From a virus: a DNA stretch of 64,000 bases. Numbering within the stretch: the stretch's first letter is position 1; every line of letters starts with the position of its first letter. A program made the translations under genes and the position numbers. Below the pieces are notes generated by a model, which was not told where the DNA came from, searched no databases, and was given only the letters and a program-made list of their open reading frames with translations. Where the stretch lies: positions 57,023 to 121,022 of the IMG/VR virus record IMGVR_UViG_3300045988_166195; one strand, given 5' to 3'. This document shows, piece after piece, positions 26,503 to 35,374 of the stretch.

Positions 26503-26835
26503 ATGTTGGGTTTCCCAAAGGATGACGACACGATCGGCGGTCTGTTCGGTGTCAACGAAGAGGATCGTCACGCATGGGCCAAGGAGCGTCAGATGAGGCT
26601 GGAGCGTCAGCAGATGCAAAAGCCTGGTCTGGCGAAGAAGGCAACGATGGCTGCTTACGAAATCGCTGCTGCTGGCATCACTTCGCAGATGCGTGCGGCG
26701 TACATCGAAGAGGCCCGTGGCACGATGGCGAAAGAGACGACCACGACGACTCGTAGTCAGTCTCGAAATATTGATCCCGAACTCGAAGAGATTCGACGGG
26801 AAGCACCGTCTGGTGGCTACGAATTCGTTGGCTGA
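26503..26835 (+). CDS. Hypothetical 110-aa protein; C-terminus ...APSGGYEFVG
   Basis: RBS gaaaggagtgaccaATG, 12 nt after the previous stop. Last gene of the plus-strand block. Confidence 0.5.
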   Translation: MLGFPKDDDTIGGLFGVNEEDRHAWAKERQMRLERQQMQKPGLAKKATMAAYEIAAAGITSQMRAAYIEEARGTMAKETTTTTRSQSRNIDPELEEIRREAPSGGYEFVG

Positions 26836-26851
26836 TGTGTCGCTACGCTGA

Positions 26852-26890
26852 TATATCCCCAGGGGTTCATCCCCTGGGGATATATTTATG
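26852..26890 (+). terminator. Strong terminator: 15-bp IR gatatatccccagggg-ttcat-cccctggggatatat followed by ttatgtat
   Basis: Near-perfect palindrome read directly downstream of 26835. Confidence 0.6.
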
Positions 26891-26999
26891 TATCGGTCGG
26901 TTAAGCATCGGTGTGTTCCGATATGTTAGACTGATACACGAACATAATCAGAAAGCGGCTATGTGCCGTTACACGTGGGGAAAGGATGAGAGGTTGGAT

Positions 27000-27351
27000 C
27001 ATGGCGCTCAAGAAGGACGTACAGAAGAATGTGAGGGTGGATGATGACACCCGTATGACGAAGACGAAGTTGATACAGGCCGTATCGAAGCGTACGGGTA
27101 TCGATAGCGCTACAGTGCGAGCTGTGTATGCAGCTATCGTCGATGAAATCATCACGACGACCCGTTCTGGCCGATCAGTTATGCTGACGGGATTCGGTCG
27201 TTTCTACCGGCTACATAAGGCCGGTCACACCGTGCAGTTCACCAAGTCGGGTACAGGCGCGGTTCCTGGTTACGACGTGCTGAAGTTTTCGGCCTCGTCG
27301 ACGCTGAATCGATCATTGACAAGCGAGTCGAACGAGTCAGATGATCATTGA
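27000..27351 (+). CDS. HU/IHF-family nucleoid-associated DNA-binding protein with extended C-terminus
   Basis: MTKTKLIQAVSKRTGIDSATVRAVYAAIVDEI...SVMLTGFGRFYRLHKAGHTVQFTKSGTGAVPGYDVLKFSAS matches the HU fold signature (...GFGxF...R.ar.grnP.tg..i.ipa....F..g). Confidence 0.65.
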
Positions 27352-27377
27352 TCACTGGTCAGTTGTATGATCGTGAA

Positions 27378-27417
27378 AACAAAGCCCTGAGCACGCGATG
27401 TGCCCAGGGCTTTGTTC
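27378..27417. terminator. Bidirectional terminator aacaaagccctg-N14-cagggctttgtt between convergent genes
   Basis: 12-bp perfect IR read directly. Confidence 0.5.
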
Positions 27418-27426
27418 ATGTGGGGG

Positions 27427-28584
27427 TCATTGAGAGATGGATCCATTGATCTCGACATATGTCGTCTGCACACTTGTTTGATCAGGTTGCTTTTCCCACA
27501 TGATCCATCCATTCGTCAACAATTCTCGATTACTGTCGCGTTCTTTCCATCTAAACGATAGCCAGAACGATGGTCCGTTGAGAATGGATTCCCTCGTATC
27601 GGCGGGTAGTCGTGACAATCGGTGTGTCGCATATTTGACGACATCATCAATCGTATACCGGTAGCCATGCACTGCCGCCCCTTGGAACTTCACAGATGTG
27701 GTAAACATCTGAGGTTCTATTTCTCCAATGTGAATATCGTGGCGATCGAATTTCATTCGATAGCTATTGGTGCGAGATGTTGTATCGTCATCTGAAGTAG
27801 CGAAGATGGATACCAACGTGCGCACTTCCGATTCACTAGATGCAGTGATGTCGACTGCGCCTTCCACAATTGATGTTGTCGGATGCTCTCTCATTATATC
27901 GAGAAGCTTATCTCGAAATTCGATAGCATCTGCTTCATTGAAATTCTCTAGGTAATAGAGATAGCCACGCCCATGGGGTTTCGCGAAGTATACAAGATCG
28001 TCGATGTCGTATTGTGAAAGCTCACCGATGATTGCCTCGTTGTTCTTGAACCTTGTCATGAAATTGGTGATTCCGGTACGAGTGTAGTCGGCATACTTCC
28101 ATGACGAAAAGCCCCATTGATCCAGTAGGTCAACAGTGAGATCTCTGCGGTCGTAGTACATGGTGTCCAAAATCGCAGAGTATAGTGCTGTTCCCTTGCT
28201 TTTTTGGATGAGGGTTTGCCCACGTGCGATGAATGAGTCCTCTGTCGTGAATTCTTTCCACGTGACGACAACGGTCAACTCTTTGTCTGTGAGTTGTTGG
28301 ATTTTGGGGCCCATATCTTTTTGCTTGTGGCGTCGACCAATTACATCGAACATATCGATGAGGTTGTTGCGATAGTCGTTGCGACCTGTCGCCTCAAAGG
28401 GAATGCCGTAACACATTTTGTCGTCAGGCTGAGGACTCCATAGAGTAATTTTGGGACCAATCTTTGTTGACCACTCATACTGTTTGGGGTGCAGTTCATT
28501 AACGATGTTGATAAACGTTTGGGCTACGTCTAACGATTCAGCAGTGATGTGAAAGTATCCTTTCACTGTGGTTGAGACTACCAT
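27427..28584 (-). CDS. Hypothetical 385-aa protein, markedly lower GC than surroundings (probable recent acquisition)
   Basis: RBS gaaagaggtcaaccATG. AT-rich codon usage (aaa, att, gat, tat frequent), unlike flanking genes. No motif recognised. Confidence 0.55.
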   Translation of the reverse strand: MVVSTTVKGYFHITAESLDVAQTFINIVNELHPKQYEWSTKIGPKITLWSPQPDDKMCYGIPFEATGRNDYRNNLIDMFDVIGRRHKQKDMGPKIQQLTDKELTVVVTWKEFTTEDSFIARGQTLIQKSKGTALYSAILDTMYYDRRDLTVDLLDQWGFSSWKYADYTRTGITNFMTRFKNNEAIIGELSQYDIDDLVYFAKPHGRGYLYYLENFNEADAIEFRDKLLDIMREHPTTSIVEGAVDITASSESEVRTLVSIFATSDDDTTSRTNSYRMKFDRHDIHIGEIEPQMFTTSVKFQGAAVHGYRYTIDDVVKYATHRLSRLPADTRESILNGPSFWLSFRWKERDSNRELLTNGWIMWEKQPDQTSVQTTYVEINGSISQ

Positions 28585-28658
28585 GGTTGACCTCTTTCGT
28601 TATTGTGCGCTCACTACTGTGAGTCTGATGTGGGTGCGTTTATTTAGTGCACCACAAT

Positions 28659-29012
28659 TCAGTCAAGGCCGAGAGCGACAGCGATACCGTCCTGAATGGT
28701 CTCCAGCTCATGGTCTTCCACATGGCCGATGCGGCTCGTGAGTCGTGACTTATCGACGTTTGCCACCTGATTGCACACAGCAATTGATTCTCGGCTGTTG
28801 ACGTGAACCGTGGGGTTGGTGGTGTTGGTACGACGCTGCTTGTTCGGGGACGTGAGATAAACGACCTGGACGACACCAGATCGCTGGTTGATACCATCGT
28901 TGCTCACGATAACGGCAGGTCGTCCAGACCAGATTTCATTGCCAACAGTTCCGCCACCGGGGACGGGTGCGGCTTCGACGAACCAAATGTCGCCTTGGCG
29001 GATAGCACGCAT
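28659..29012 (-). CDS. MazF/PemK-family endoribonuclease toxin-like protein (solitary)
   Basis: MRAIRQGDIWFVEAAPVPGGGTVGNEIWSGRPAVIVSNDGINQRSGVVQVVYLTS matches the PemK/MazF N-terminal signature (GDIWwvdfdP..GsE..g.RPavVvS.d..N). RBS GAAAGGAG 5 nt upstream of ATG 29012. The longer ORF-track start at 29123 is unlikely. Confidence 0.6.
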   Translation of the reverse strand: MRAIRQGDIWFVEAAPVPGGGTVGNEIWSGRPAVIVSNDGINQRSGVVQVVYLTSPNKQRRTNTTNPTVHVNSRESIAVCNQVANVDKSRLTSRIGHVEDHELETIQDGIAVALGLD

Positions 29013-29030
29013 GTGCGCTCCTTTCGAGTA

Positions 29031-29049
29031 GGGGGGGGGTAGGGGGGGG
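29031..29049. repeat. Homopolymer tracts G9-TA-G8 (C8-TA-C9 on the coding strand of the mazF-like gene), in its 5' leader/promoter
   Basis: Counted directly: 29031-29039 = 9 G, 29042-29049 = 8 G. Confidence 0.85.
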
Positions 29050-29067
29050 TTGAGTAGATAGAGTGTG

Positions 29068-29105
29068 AGGGTGCCACATTGCCCCTGGGATTTCCCAGGG
29101 GCAAT
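29068..29105. terminator. Perfect 16-bp hairpin gccacattgcccctgg-gatttc-ccaggggcaatgtggc downstream of the UvrD-like gene
   Basis: Read directly. Lies between stop 29133 and the poly-G tracts. Confidence 0.6.
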
Positions 29106-29132
29106 GTGGCAGGAGGACGGCATAAGGGCTTG

Positions 29133-32100
29133 TCAGTCCTCGTCCGTCGTCGGATCACTTGGATCCGCAGTAAGACCAGCAACGATGTTTCGAATCTGAT
29201 CGAGATCGTTCTGTGCTGGTTGGGTGGTGCCCACCTGAGCAGCGTCTGTCTGATCAGACGGGATTGCATCCTCGATGGCATCAAGGACATCATCCTCGTC
29301 AACGACGATCGCGTCGACAGCATGGTTCTCACCATCGTCATCAACGTCGTTACCAGAGGTGGGGTTGGTCAGCGAATCAACGATGAGGTTGTAGTCGCTG
29401 ACGATGCGAGCCGACAGCGTGGTGCCGTGAGAAAGAACGAAGAGGCTGTTCTTGGCGCGCGTGAACGCGACGTAATACAGCCTCTTCTTCTCTTCGCTCA
29501 TGTCCGACTGGTCCTTGTAGATGACAACGACGTTGTCAAACTCAAGGCCCTTGACACCATGGACCGTCGACACGATCAGATCCGCCTTGGTTTCAAGGTT
29601 GCGAATCTTGCGTTCCTCGTTGTTGCGATGCATAAGAGCATCGCGAATCGAGTTGTGGCGAATCTCGTGGTCCAAGATGCACTTCTTCAAACGATCGAAG
29701 AAGACCTCCTTGGTGATGATGCCTGCCTGGTATTCGTACACCCAACCCTGGATAGTGAGGGCGGACGCAGTCCACCATTCACTAGCCATCTTGGCGAGTG
29801 CTGCCTGCGCGTTCGGGTTGGCACCCGGACCCCGGCTCACGAGTTCCTTGGTGAACACAAACGACGCATTCGCCGGATCGACTGCCTCGATGTCGCCCCA
29901 GTGGTGCTCGATGAACGACGAGAAGAACGTCGACGCACGACGACGATCGGAGATCATCGAAATGACCGAGCGACCGGGGAAGAGCTCTTCCAGGCGCTTC
30001 TGGATGGCGAAAGCCTCTCGGCGGGTGAATGCCAAGAAGGCGACCTGTTCTCCGCGATTCAGGCATTCCTGGATGTAGGAGTGCGTGTGCTTCGAGAGAA
30101 GCACAGGCAGGTCGCTGAGGAACTTCCTATCTGCCGTGTAGTGCTCATGCACAACACGCACCTTGTCCTGGAACGACTGTGCCGTCACAGGGGTCAGCGA
30201 ATTAGCTCGCAGACGGATCTGCGCAAACTGATTTGCCTCGATCTCAGACAAGAGGTGGATATTTGCCATGTCCAAGACTTCCTGGTTGGAGCGATAGTTC
30301 GTCTCCAGCTTGTACGGCGTGAAGACACCGGATGATTCGAGTGCATTCAGAGCCTTCGGGTTCGCTGAACGGAACTCATAGAGCGTCTGCGAACTGTCCC
30401 CCACGATAAAGAGCGAACAGCCCAGCTTGTTCACCAGACGAAGCAGGTAGATGAACTCGAAGACCGAGTTATCTTGAACTTCGTCAATGATGAGGTGACG
30501 GATGTTCAACCCAGCAGGCAGCGGCATCTTGTCGATCATCTGGTAAGCCAGGATGATCTCAAGCTCTAGCGATGTCTGCTTGATAAGGTTGAGCGCGTCA
30601 ACTGTCTGCTCCAGGTGTGACTCGATGAAGTTGTTCAGCGCGGTGTGTGCACCCTCAGAGTTACGACCCTCCAGCCTGCGGAGCTTCTCAGCAAACTGGA
30701 ACGCGAACGGATCCCCCGGCATGTAGATGCCCAAGGAGTTAGCGATCGTCTCCACAGAGCTCAGCTCGTGGGTGGGGAAGTAGCTCATATACAGATCGTG
30801 AATCATCCGCGCGATTGTCATGGAACGAACGTTGGGATTCTTCTTGATAATGTTGTCCGCCGCTGCGTTGGTGAACGACAAGACAGTGATGTCAGACGGA
30901 TTGACACCGCACAGACCAAGCTGTTGGATACGAGCCAGAATGACCGTGCTCTTACCAGCCCCTGCGCCTGCTTGAGTCAGGATGAGCGGCTCAGTCGATT
31001 GCACAGCAGCAAGCTGCTGAGGCGAGAGCTGTCGCTGTACAGGGATGGTCTTGATGGTCTCTGGTGCACGCTCCAGCTGATCGCGCTTGCTACCGAGGTC
31101 GCTGAGCGTGTCGTTCATGAGCAGGTTCATGTTCTGCTTGACCAGAAGCGAAGCGGTCTGGGGGTCACAGAGCATGTTGATGGACTCGTAGATCTTGCGA
31201 TACGCCGACAACGGAACGTTGTACTGCTCCATGTAGCGCAGTTCGTAGACCATCTGGGCCAACTGCTCATCGTCGTAGGAATGCTTCTTCGACACAAGAG
31301 CGTCAATGACATCGTGAATGTCATCAGCGATGTCATCGCTGCTCCAGCGCTGCGCACTGTCCGTGATGTTGTCGTAGACGCTGTACTCAGCGTAGAACGT
31401 CGCCAACGTGTCAAGGAAGTCGCGCTTACGCGAGTGACTGATACCCGTAGCACGGAAGATCTCATCCCACGGCAGATTCTCTGCGTCCTCAGCGGGAGCG
31501 TAGCTCCAGTCAGCGATGGCCCACGCCAGGTTGGCGTTGCTCATCTTGACGGCCTTGTTGGGGAAGGTGCTGATCGTCGTGCTGAGCAGAGTCGCACGCT
31601 CGCGGTAACTCTCATCCTCAGTGAGGATGAGTGTGTCGTCTGCCTCGTCGTCGAACAGAGCGATGTCATCATCGTCGACCTCGATGAAGTCGGGATCGTC
31701 AGGATTGATGGTGCCAAGGTCGTTGATGAGACGGGCAAGCATCTGATCATTCAGATCATCGATGTCTTCGTCCTGCTTGGGCGGGACAACGTAGATCATC
31801 GTGCGATACGAGATCTGAAGATCCTTCACCTTGGTCTTGCCGCTGTTGTCTTCGCGCATAGCAAGGCCCTGCACAGAGCACGATGCCCACACGTCAAACG
31901 TGTTGGTGTCATCGGTGAGACGCACGGCGAACTGGTCCATGTCATCGGGGACGGGTACAGTCATGCGACCGTAGCCCTGCTCGTAGGCACGCTTCACGAT
32001 GGTGCCAGTCGGGATGATACGGCTGGTGACTGCATTGGATGTCTGCGACATCTTGTAGCGAAGGTCTGTGGTTCCCATGCTGAGACGATCCAGTCCCATG

Positions 32101-32273
32101 GGATAGCGGCCTGGGATAACAGAGCTGTTGAGCAAGCCCTGCTTCTTACCACGGCCAGTAAGATGCGACGAGAAGTACTTGGGCGTCACCGCTTTAATGG
32201 TGCGGGCCTTGGTAGCTTCGACAGCAGTGCTGAACTTGGCTGCTTCGTCGATATTATCGAGGAGGATGGGCAT
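29133..32273 (-). CDS. UvrD/PcrA-like SF1 helicase with ~420-aa N-terminal domain of unknown function
   Basis: Motifs AGAGAGKST (I), LSFTNAAADNI (Ia), LIIDEVQDNSVFE (II), VGDSSQTLYEFRSANP (III), TNYRSNQEV (IV), VSTVHGVKGLEFDNVVVI (VI). Excellent RBS gaaaggagggctcATG. Confidence 0.8.
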   Translation of the reverse strand: MPILLDNIDEAAKFSTAVEATKARTIKAVTPKYFSSHLTGRGKKQGLLNSSVIPGRYPMGLDRLSMGTTDLRYKMSQTSNAVTSRIIPTGTIVKRAYEQGYGRMTVPVPDDMDQFAVRLTDDTNTFDVWASCSVQGLAMREDNSGKTKVKDLQISYRTMIYVVPPKQDEDIDDLNDQMLARLINDLGTINPDDPDFIEVDDDDIALFDDEADDTLILTEDESYRERATLLSTTISTFPNKAVKMSNANLAWAIADWSYAPAEDAENLPWDEIFRATGISHSRKRDFLDTLATFYAEYSVYDNITDSAQRWSSDDIADDIHDVIDALVSKKHSYDDEQLAQMVYELRYMEQYNVPLSAYRKIYESINMLCDPQTASLLVKQNMNLLMNDTLSDLGSKRDQLERAPETIKTIPVQRQLSPQQLAAVQSTEPLILTQAGAGAGKSTVILARIQQLGLCGVNPSDITVLSFTNAAADNIIKKNPNVRSMTIARMIHDLYMSYFPTHELSSVETIANSLGIYMPGDPFAFQFAEKLRRLEGRNSEGAHTALNNFIESHLEQTVDALNLIKQTSLELEIILAYQMIDKMPLPAGLNIRHLIIDEVQDNSVFEFIYLLRLVNKLGCSLFIVGDSSQTLYEFRSANPKALNALESSGVFTPYKLETNYRSNQEVLDMANIHLLSEIEANQFAQIRLRANSLTPVTAQSFQDKVRVVHEHYTADRKFLSDLPVLLSKHTHSYIQECLNRGEQVAFLAFTRREAFAIQKRLEELFPGRSVISMISDRRRASTFFSSFIEHHWGDIEAVDPANASFVFTKELVSRGPGANPNAQAALAKMASEWWTASALTIQGWVYEYQAGIITKEVFFDRLKKCILDHEIRHNSIRDALMHRNNEERKIRNLETKADLIVSTVHGVKGLEFDNVVVIYKDQSDMSEEKKRLYYVAFTRAKNSLFVLSHGTTLSARIVSDYNLIVDSLTNPTSGNDVDDDGENHAVDAIVVDEDDVLDAIEDAIPSDQTDAAQVGTTQPAQNDLDQIRNIVAGLTADPSDPTTDED

Positions 32274-32282
32274 ATGAGCCCT

Positions 32283-32308
32283 CCTTTCTATTTGAATAAA
32301 GAAGAATT
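32283..32308 (-). promoter_or_regulatory. Tandem TTTATTCAA direct repeats (mRNA sense: tttattcaattcttctttattcaaatag) immediately upstream of UvrD-like RBS
   Basis: The same tandem motif is seen upstream of the Clp2 gene (35280-35306) and the MoxR gene (38433-38457). A single copy lies upstream of the 52333 gene. Confidence 0.4.
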
Positions 32309-32393
32309 GAATAAATGTGTGTATTATCGATCGGCCCGTTAGCGTGTGTTGCCAATAGGCCGACCGATGAAAACAGTGTTGTGGGGATGGGGG

Positions 32394-33065
32394 TTATACG
32401 AGCTTGTAGCCGACGATTGCCATATCATCGCCACTGTCAGGATCGATGAGCGTTCCCACATCGGGCAGATCGCTCAGTGGCTGGTCGTAGAGACAGCCCT
32501 TTTCGTCCGTGTAGACGATATGCATCGAGTCAAGGTTCTTGTTGAGCTTGGGCGCATAGGGTGACAGCAGACCGTAGAGTGCGAGGGTGCTATCGACCTG
32601 CTTTTCCCATGCCGGGGCAAGGGTTGTCTCAATGAGACGCGCGAGGTCTTCCTTCGTCTCGATGTCTTTGAGCATGCAGGGTGTCGTGCGCAGATACTGC
32701 GCAGCACGGCGTCGACTGTCATCGCTGATGATGGCGTTGTAACGATCGTTGGGGTCGTCTTCTCGCAGCCAATACCAGCCATTGTCAAGTGCATACATGG
32801 GCGCACCGGTTCGGGCATCAGAAAGATGGAGATCGACGAGCTGGCGAAGCCACGGGAACGCTCGAAGGATGTGGTCATGGACCATGCCGCAATCGTCGGG
32901 CTCGTTGTCGAAAAAGAATCCATCGTTGTCCTGGCGTTCGTAGTACACTTCCCCAGTAACGCTGATGCGGTCATCGTTAATGCCGTATGTGGCGATGACC
33001 TTGATGCGGGTTCCGTTGGTCTCGGTGAGGATGTCTTCAACGGTATGCGTGCATGTGTAACGCAT
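32394..33065 (-). CDS. Hypothetical 223-aa acidic protein
   Basis: RBS aaggagccataccATG. No motif recognised. Confidence 0.5.
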   Translation of the reverse strand: MRYTCTHTVEDILTETNGTRIKVIATYGINDDRISVTGEVYYERQDNDGFFFDNEPDDCGMVHDHILRAFPWLRQLVDLHLSDARTGAPMYALDNGWYWLREDDPNDRYNAIISDDSRRRAAQYLRTTPCMLKDIETKEDLARLIETTLAPAWEKQVDSTLALYGLLSPYAPKLNKNLDSMHIVYTDEKGCLYDQPLSDLPDVGTLIDPDSGDDMAIVGYKLV

Positions 33066-33145
33066 GGGTATGGCTCCTTATGGGTAAGTGATGGGGTATG
33101 TGGACGTGGTTCGCCTACGCAACGTTTGTTACGTAGGCGAACCGG

Positions 33146-33373
33146 TTAGAAGCGGGTAAGAATCGGTGTCTTACTGTTATCTGAGATGAGATCTTCAAGA
33201 GACCCATCAGTGAGATACTCACCCTGTGCGGAGATCCATGCTGGAGTCATATCATCCCCACGGAGGTATCGGAAGAACACCATTCCATCGAAAGTGATGA
33301 CGGATCCACCAGGGAGCTGAGAAGTCTTCACCAGGAGGTTGTCCCCAGAGGGGTAGGTAACGATAGAGATCAT
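33146..33373 (-). CDS. Hypothetical 75-aa protein
   Basis: RBS gaaaggaccagcaATG. Tightly spaced ahead of the Clp2 gene. Confidence 0.45.
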   Translation of the reverse strand: MISIVTYPSGDNLLVKTSQLPGGSVITFDGMVFFRYLRGDDMTPAWISAQGEYLTDGSLEDLISDNSKTPILTRF

Positions 33374-33388
33374 TGCTGGTCCTTTCTA

Positions 33389-35263
33389 TTAGTTGTTCGC
33401 AGCAGAGAGTAGAGAGTCTTCGATGAAGCCTCGAATAGCTCGAACAGCGGGGCGCGCGCCTTGGTCTTTCAGGTATGTCTCTGCCACCAATCGATCGATG
33501 GTGTCATCGTCGATGGGATCGAAGCTCATACCTGGGTTCTCAGCGCAGATTCGTGCAACTTGGCGATCGTATTCATCACGCAGAATCTCTGCGTATTCGC
33601 TGGTCCCTAGCGGCATGAATGCGATGAGGTCATCAAACCGGCCAAGTAGTTCCGCATCAAAGCTATTCTGTAGCTCATTGGTGAGCGATTGCTTTGAAAT
33701 ACTCTGCGTATGGTTACCAAACCCCATCTGGGATCCAGAGAGCTTCTGCCTGCCAGCATTCGTTGTTGCGATGACAATGCAACGAGACATGTCGACGGCG
33801 GGGCCGTTGGCCATCTGGATTTCGCCAGTATCGAGTGCGGAGAGGAACAGTCGCTGTACCGACATGTGTGCCTTCTCGAACTCATCCAGAACGATGACTC
33901 GATAGGGGTTCGATACCAAGGTATCGAACGGGCGCTCTCGTGCACTCTCAGAGCCAACATAGCCAGAGGGGGAACCAATGATCCGGTTGATCGTGTGCGC
34001 ATCGTGGAACTCTGCCATGTTGAGCAGGATGGGTTCCTGTCCTGTGACCATCTGGGAGATGATCTTGGCAGTCTCGGACTTGCCCACGCCGGATGCCCCA
34101 GCGAAAAGCCACGACGTTGGTCGCGTTTGGGGGAAGATGTTCAGCTCGCGCCTGCGTAGTGCGTCAACGAGACGCGGAAGCACGTCCTCCTGGCCCTTCA
34201 ACCTGGAGAGTTCACTCTCCAGAGTCTCGACATCAAGCTGCGGCGGCTGTGACTGGCCGGTCACAAGCAGCATGGCGATCGTGTTGAGACGCTTGGAGGT
34301 CAGCGGGATCTGGGTGATCTGCTGAAGCATCTGCGCATACGAGGTGTTGCCAGAGGCGAGTGCTTCCTGGATCGCAGCGTGATGGCTGATCACGCTGTGG
34401 CTGAGAGCTCGATCGAGCAATGTGATGGCAGTATCGGGGCGATGCCCGGTACTCATGAGACGATCAGCGGTAGCAACGATGTCATCGAGGACATCAGATG
34501 CAACGCTGACCTTGTTCTGGTAGTGCGTGAGCATGTCGGGTAGAACGACATCGAGAATCGAGCGAGTCTGCTCTCGGTTAAGCTCATCGACGATGACAGA
34601 CGAGAAGCGACGCTTGAATGCCGGATCATCGTCAAGACGCTTTGCCTCACCCATCGTCGTTGCTGCGATGACACGTAGGTATCCTCGGGCCAACGCAGGC
34701 TTGAGGATTTGTGCAATCTTGCTGTAGGTGGGATTGCTGTCATCAGCAATGATGTGGATCTCATCAATGAAGAGCAGTGCGTCATTATCTGGATCCTGAG
34801 CGAACTTGATAATGTCGGTGATGCGGTTCTCTAGCTCACCGACGATGCCAGCGCCAGCGACAAGCGTGGCGATCGGCAGCTCATAGATGGTGGTGTTTTT
34901 GAGCTGCGGAGGCACGGATGCCTCCTGGTTGGCGATGCGCCTGGCAATCTCTTCGACGATGGCGGTTTTGCCAACACCTGCTGGACCAACAAGAAGCGCG
35001 TTCGGCTTACGCGACGACGAAATGATGCTCATCGTCTGAGTGACGATCTCGTCACGGAAGAGCGCCGGAGAGGACTTCTTGTGTTCTTCGTTGTAGTTGA
35101 TGAGCATGTCATCAATCTCGGAGCCACCGGTAATGGTGTGATTGTGCGATGGCGCAGACGGGCCAACGCTGACGATGTTGGGTGCACCAGAGCCAACGCC
35201 TGATCCGGTTGGGTTGTTGGTGCTGTCGTCATCGTTACCGGGCGTGAAGTTGGACAGGCCCAT
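33389..35263 (-). CDS. Second ClpA/ClpB/ClpC-family double AAA+ ATPase (no inteins)
   Basis: D1: NALLVGPAGVGKTAIVEEIARRIA, LFIDEIHII, LRVIAATT, FKRRF. D2: WLFAGASGVGKSETAKIIS, GSPSGYVGSESARERPFDTL, VIVLDEFEKAH, RLFLSALDTGEIQMANGPAVDMSRCIVIATTNAG. RBS aaggaggcacgcctATG. Confidence 0.8.
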   Translation of the reverse strand: MGLSNFTPGNDDDSTNNPTGSGVGSGAPNIVSVGPSAPSHNHTITGGSEIDDMLINYNEEHKKSSPALFRDEIVTQTMSIISSSRKPNALLVGPAGVGKTAIVEEIARRIANQEASVPPQLKNTTIYELPIATLVAGAGIVGELENRITDIIKFAQDPDNDALLFIDEIHIIADDSNPTYSKIAQILKPALARGYLRVIAATTMGEAKRLDDDPAFKRRFSSVIVDELNREQTRSILDVVLPDMLTHYQNKVSVASDVLDDIVATADRLMSTGHRPDTAITLLDRALSHSVISHHAAIQEALASGNTSYAQMLQQITQIPLTSKRLNTIAMLLVTGQSQPPQLDVETLESELSRLKGQEDVLPRLVDALRRRELNIFPQTRPTSWLFAGASGVGKSETAKIISQMVTGQEPILLNMAEFHDAHTINRIIGSPSGYVGSESARERPFDTLVSNPYRVIVLDEFEKAHMSVQRLFLSALDTGEIQMANGPAVDMSRCIVIATTNAGRQKLSGSQMGFGNHTQSISKQSLTNELQNSFDAELLGRFDDLIAFMPLGTSEYAEILRDEYDRQVARICAENPGMSFDPIDDDTIDRLVAETYLKDQGARPAVRAIRGFIEDSLLSAANN

Positions 35264-35307
35264 AGGCGTGCCTCCTTTTTTGAATAAATGGGAATTGAAT
35301 GAATAGT

Positions 35308-35372
35308 TTGTGGACCCTCCCTCCCTCTCTTTTTCACCAGTAGATGGCTAAAAGAGGGGAGAGAGGGCGCAG
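35308..35372 (-). terminator. CT-rich imperfect hairpin (ccctccctccctctcttttt ... aaaagaggggagagaggg) after the vWA gene
   Basis: Read directly between stop 35375 and the Clp2 upstream motif. Confidence 0.35.
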
Positions 35373-35374
35373 TG

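Noticed and set aside
28659-29123. Longer 154-aa version of the MazF-like ORF starting at 29123.
   Set aside because: The extension would translate through the poly-C tracts and the terminator hairpin of the upstream gene. The internal ATG 29012 has a perfect SD, and the conserved MazF N-terminus begins there.
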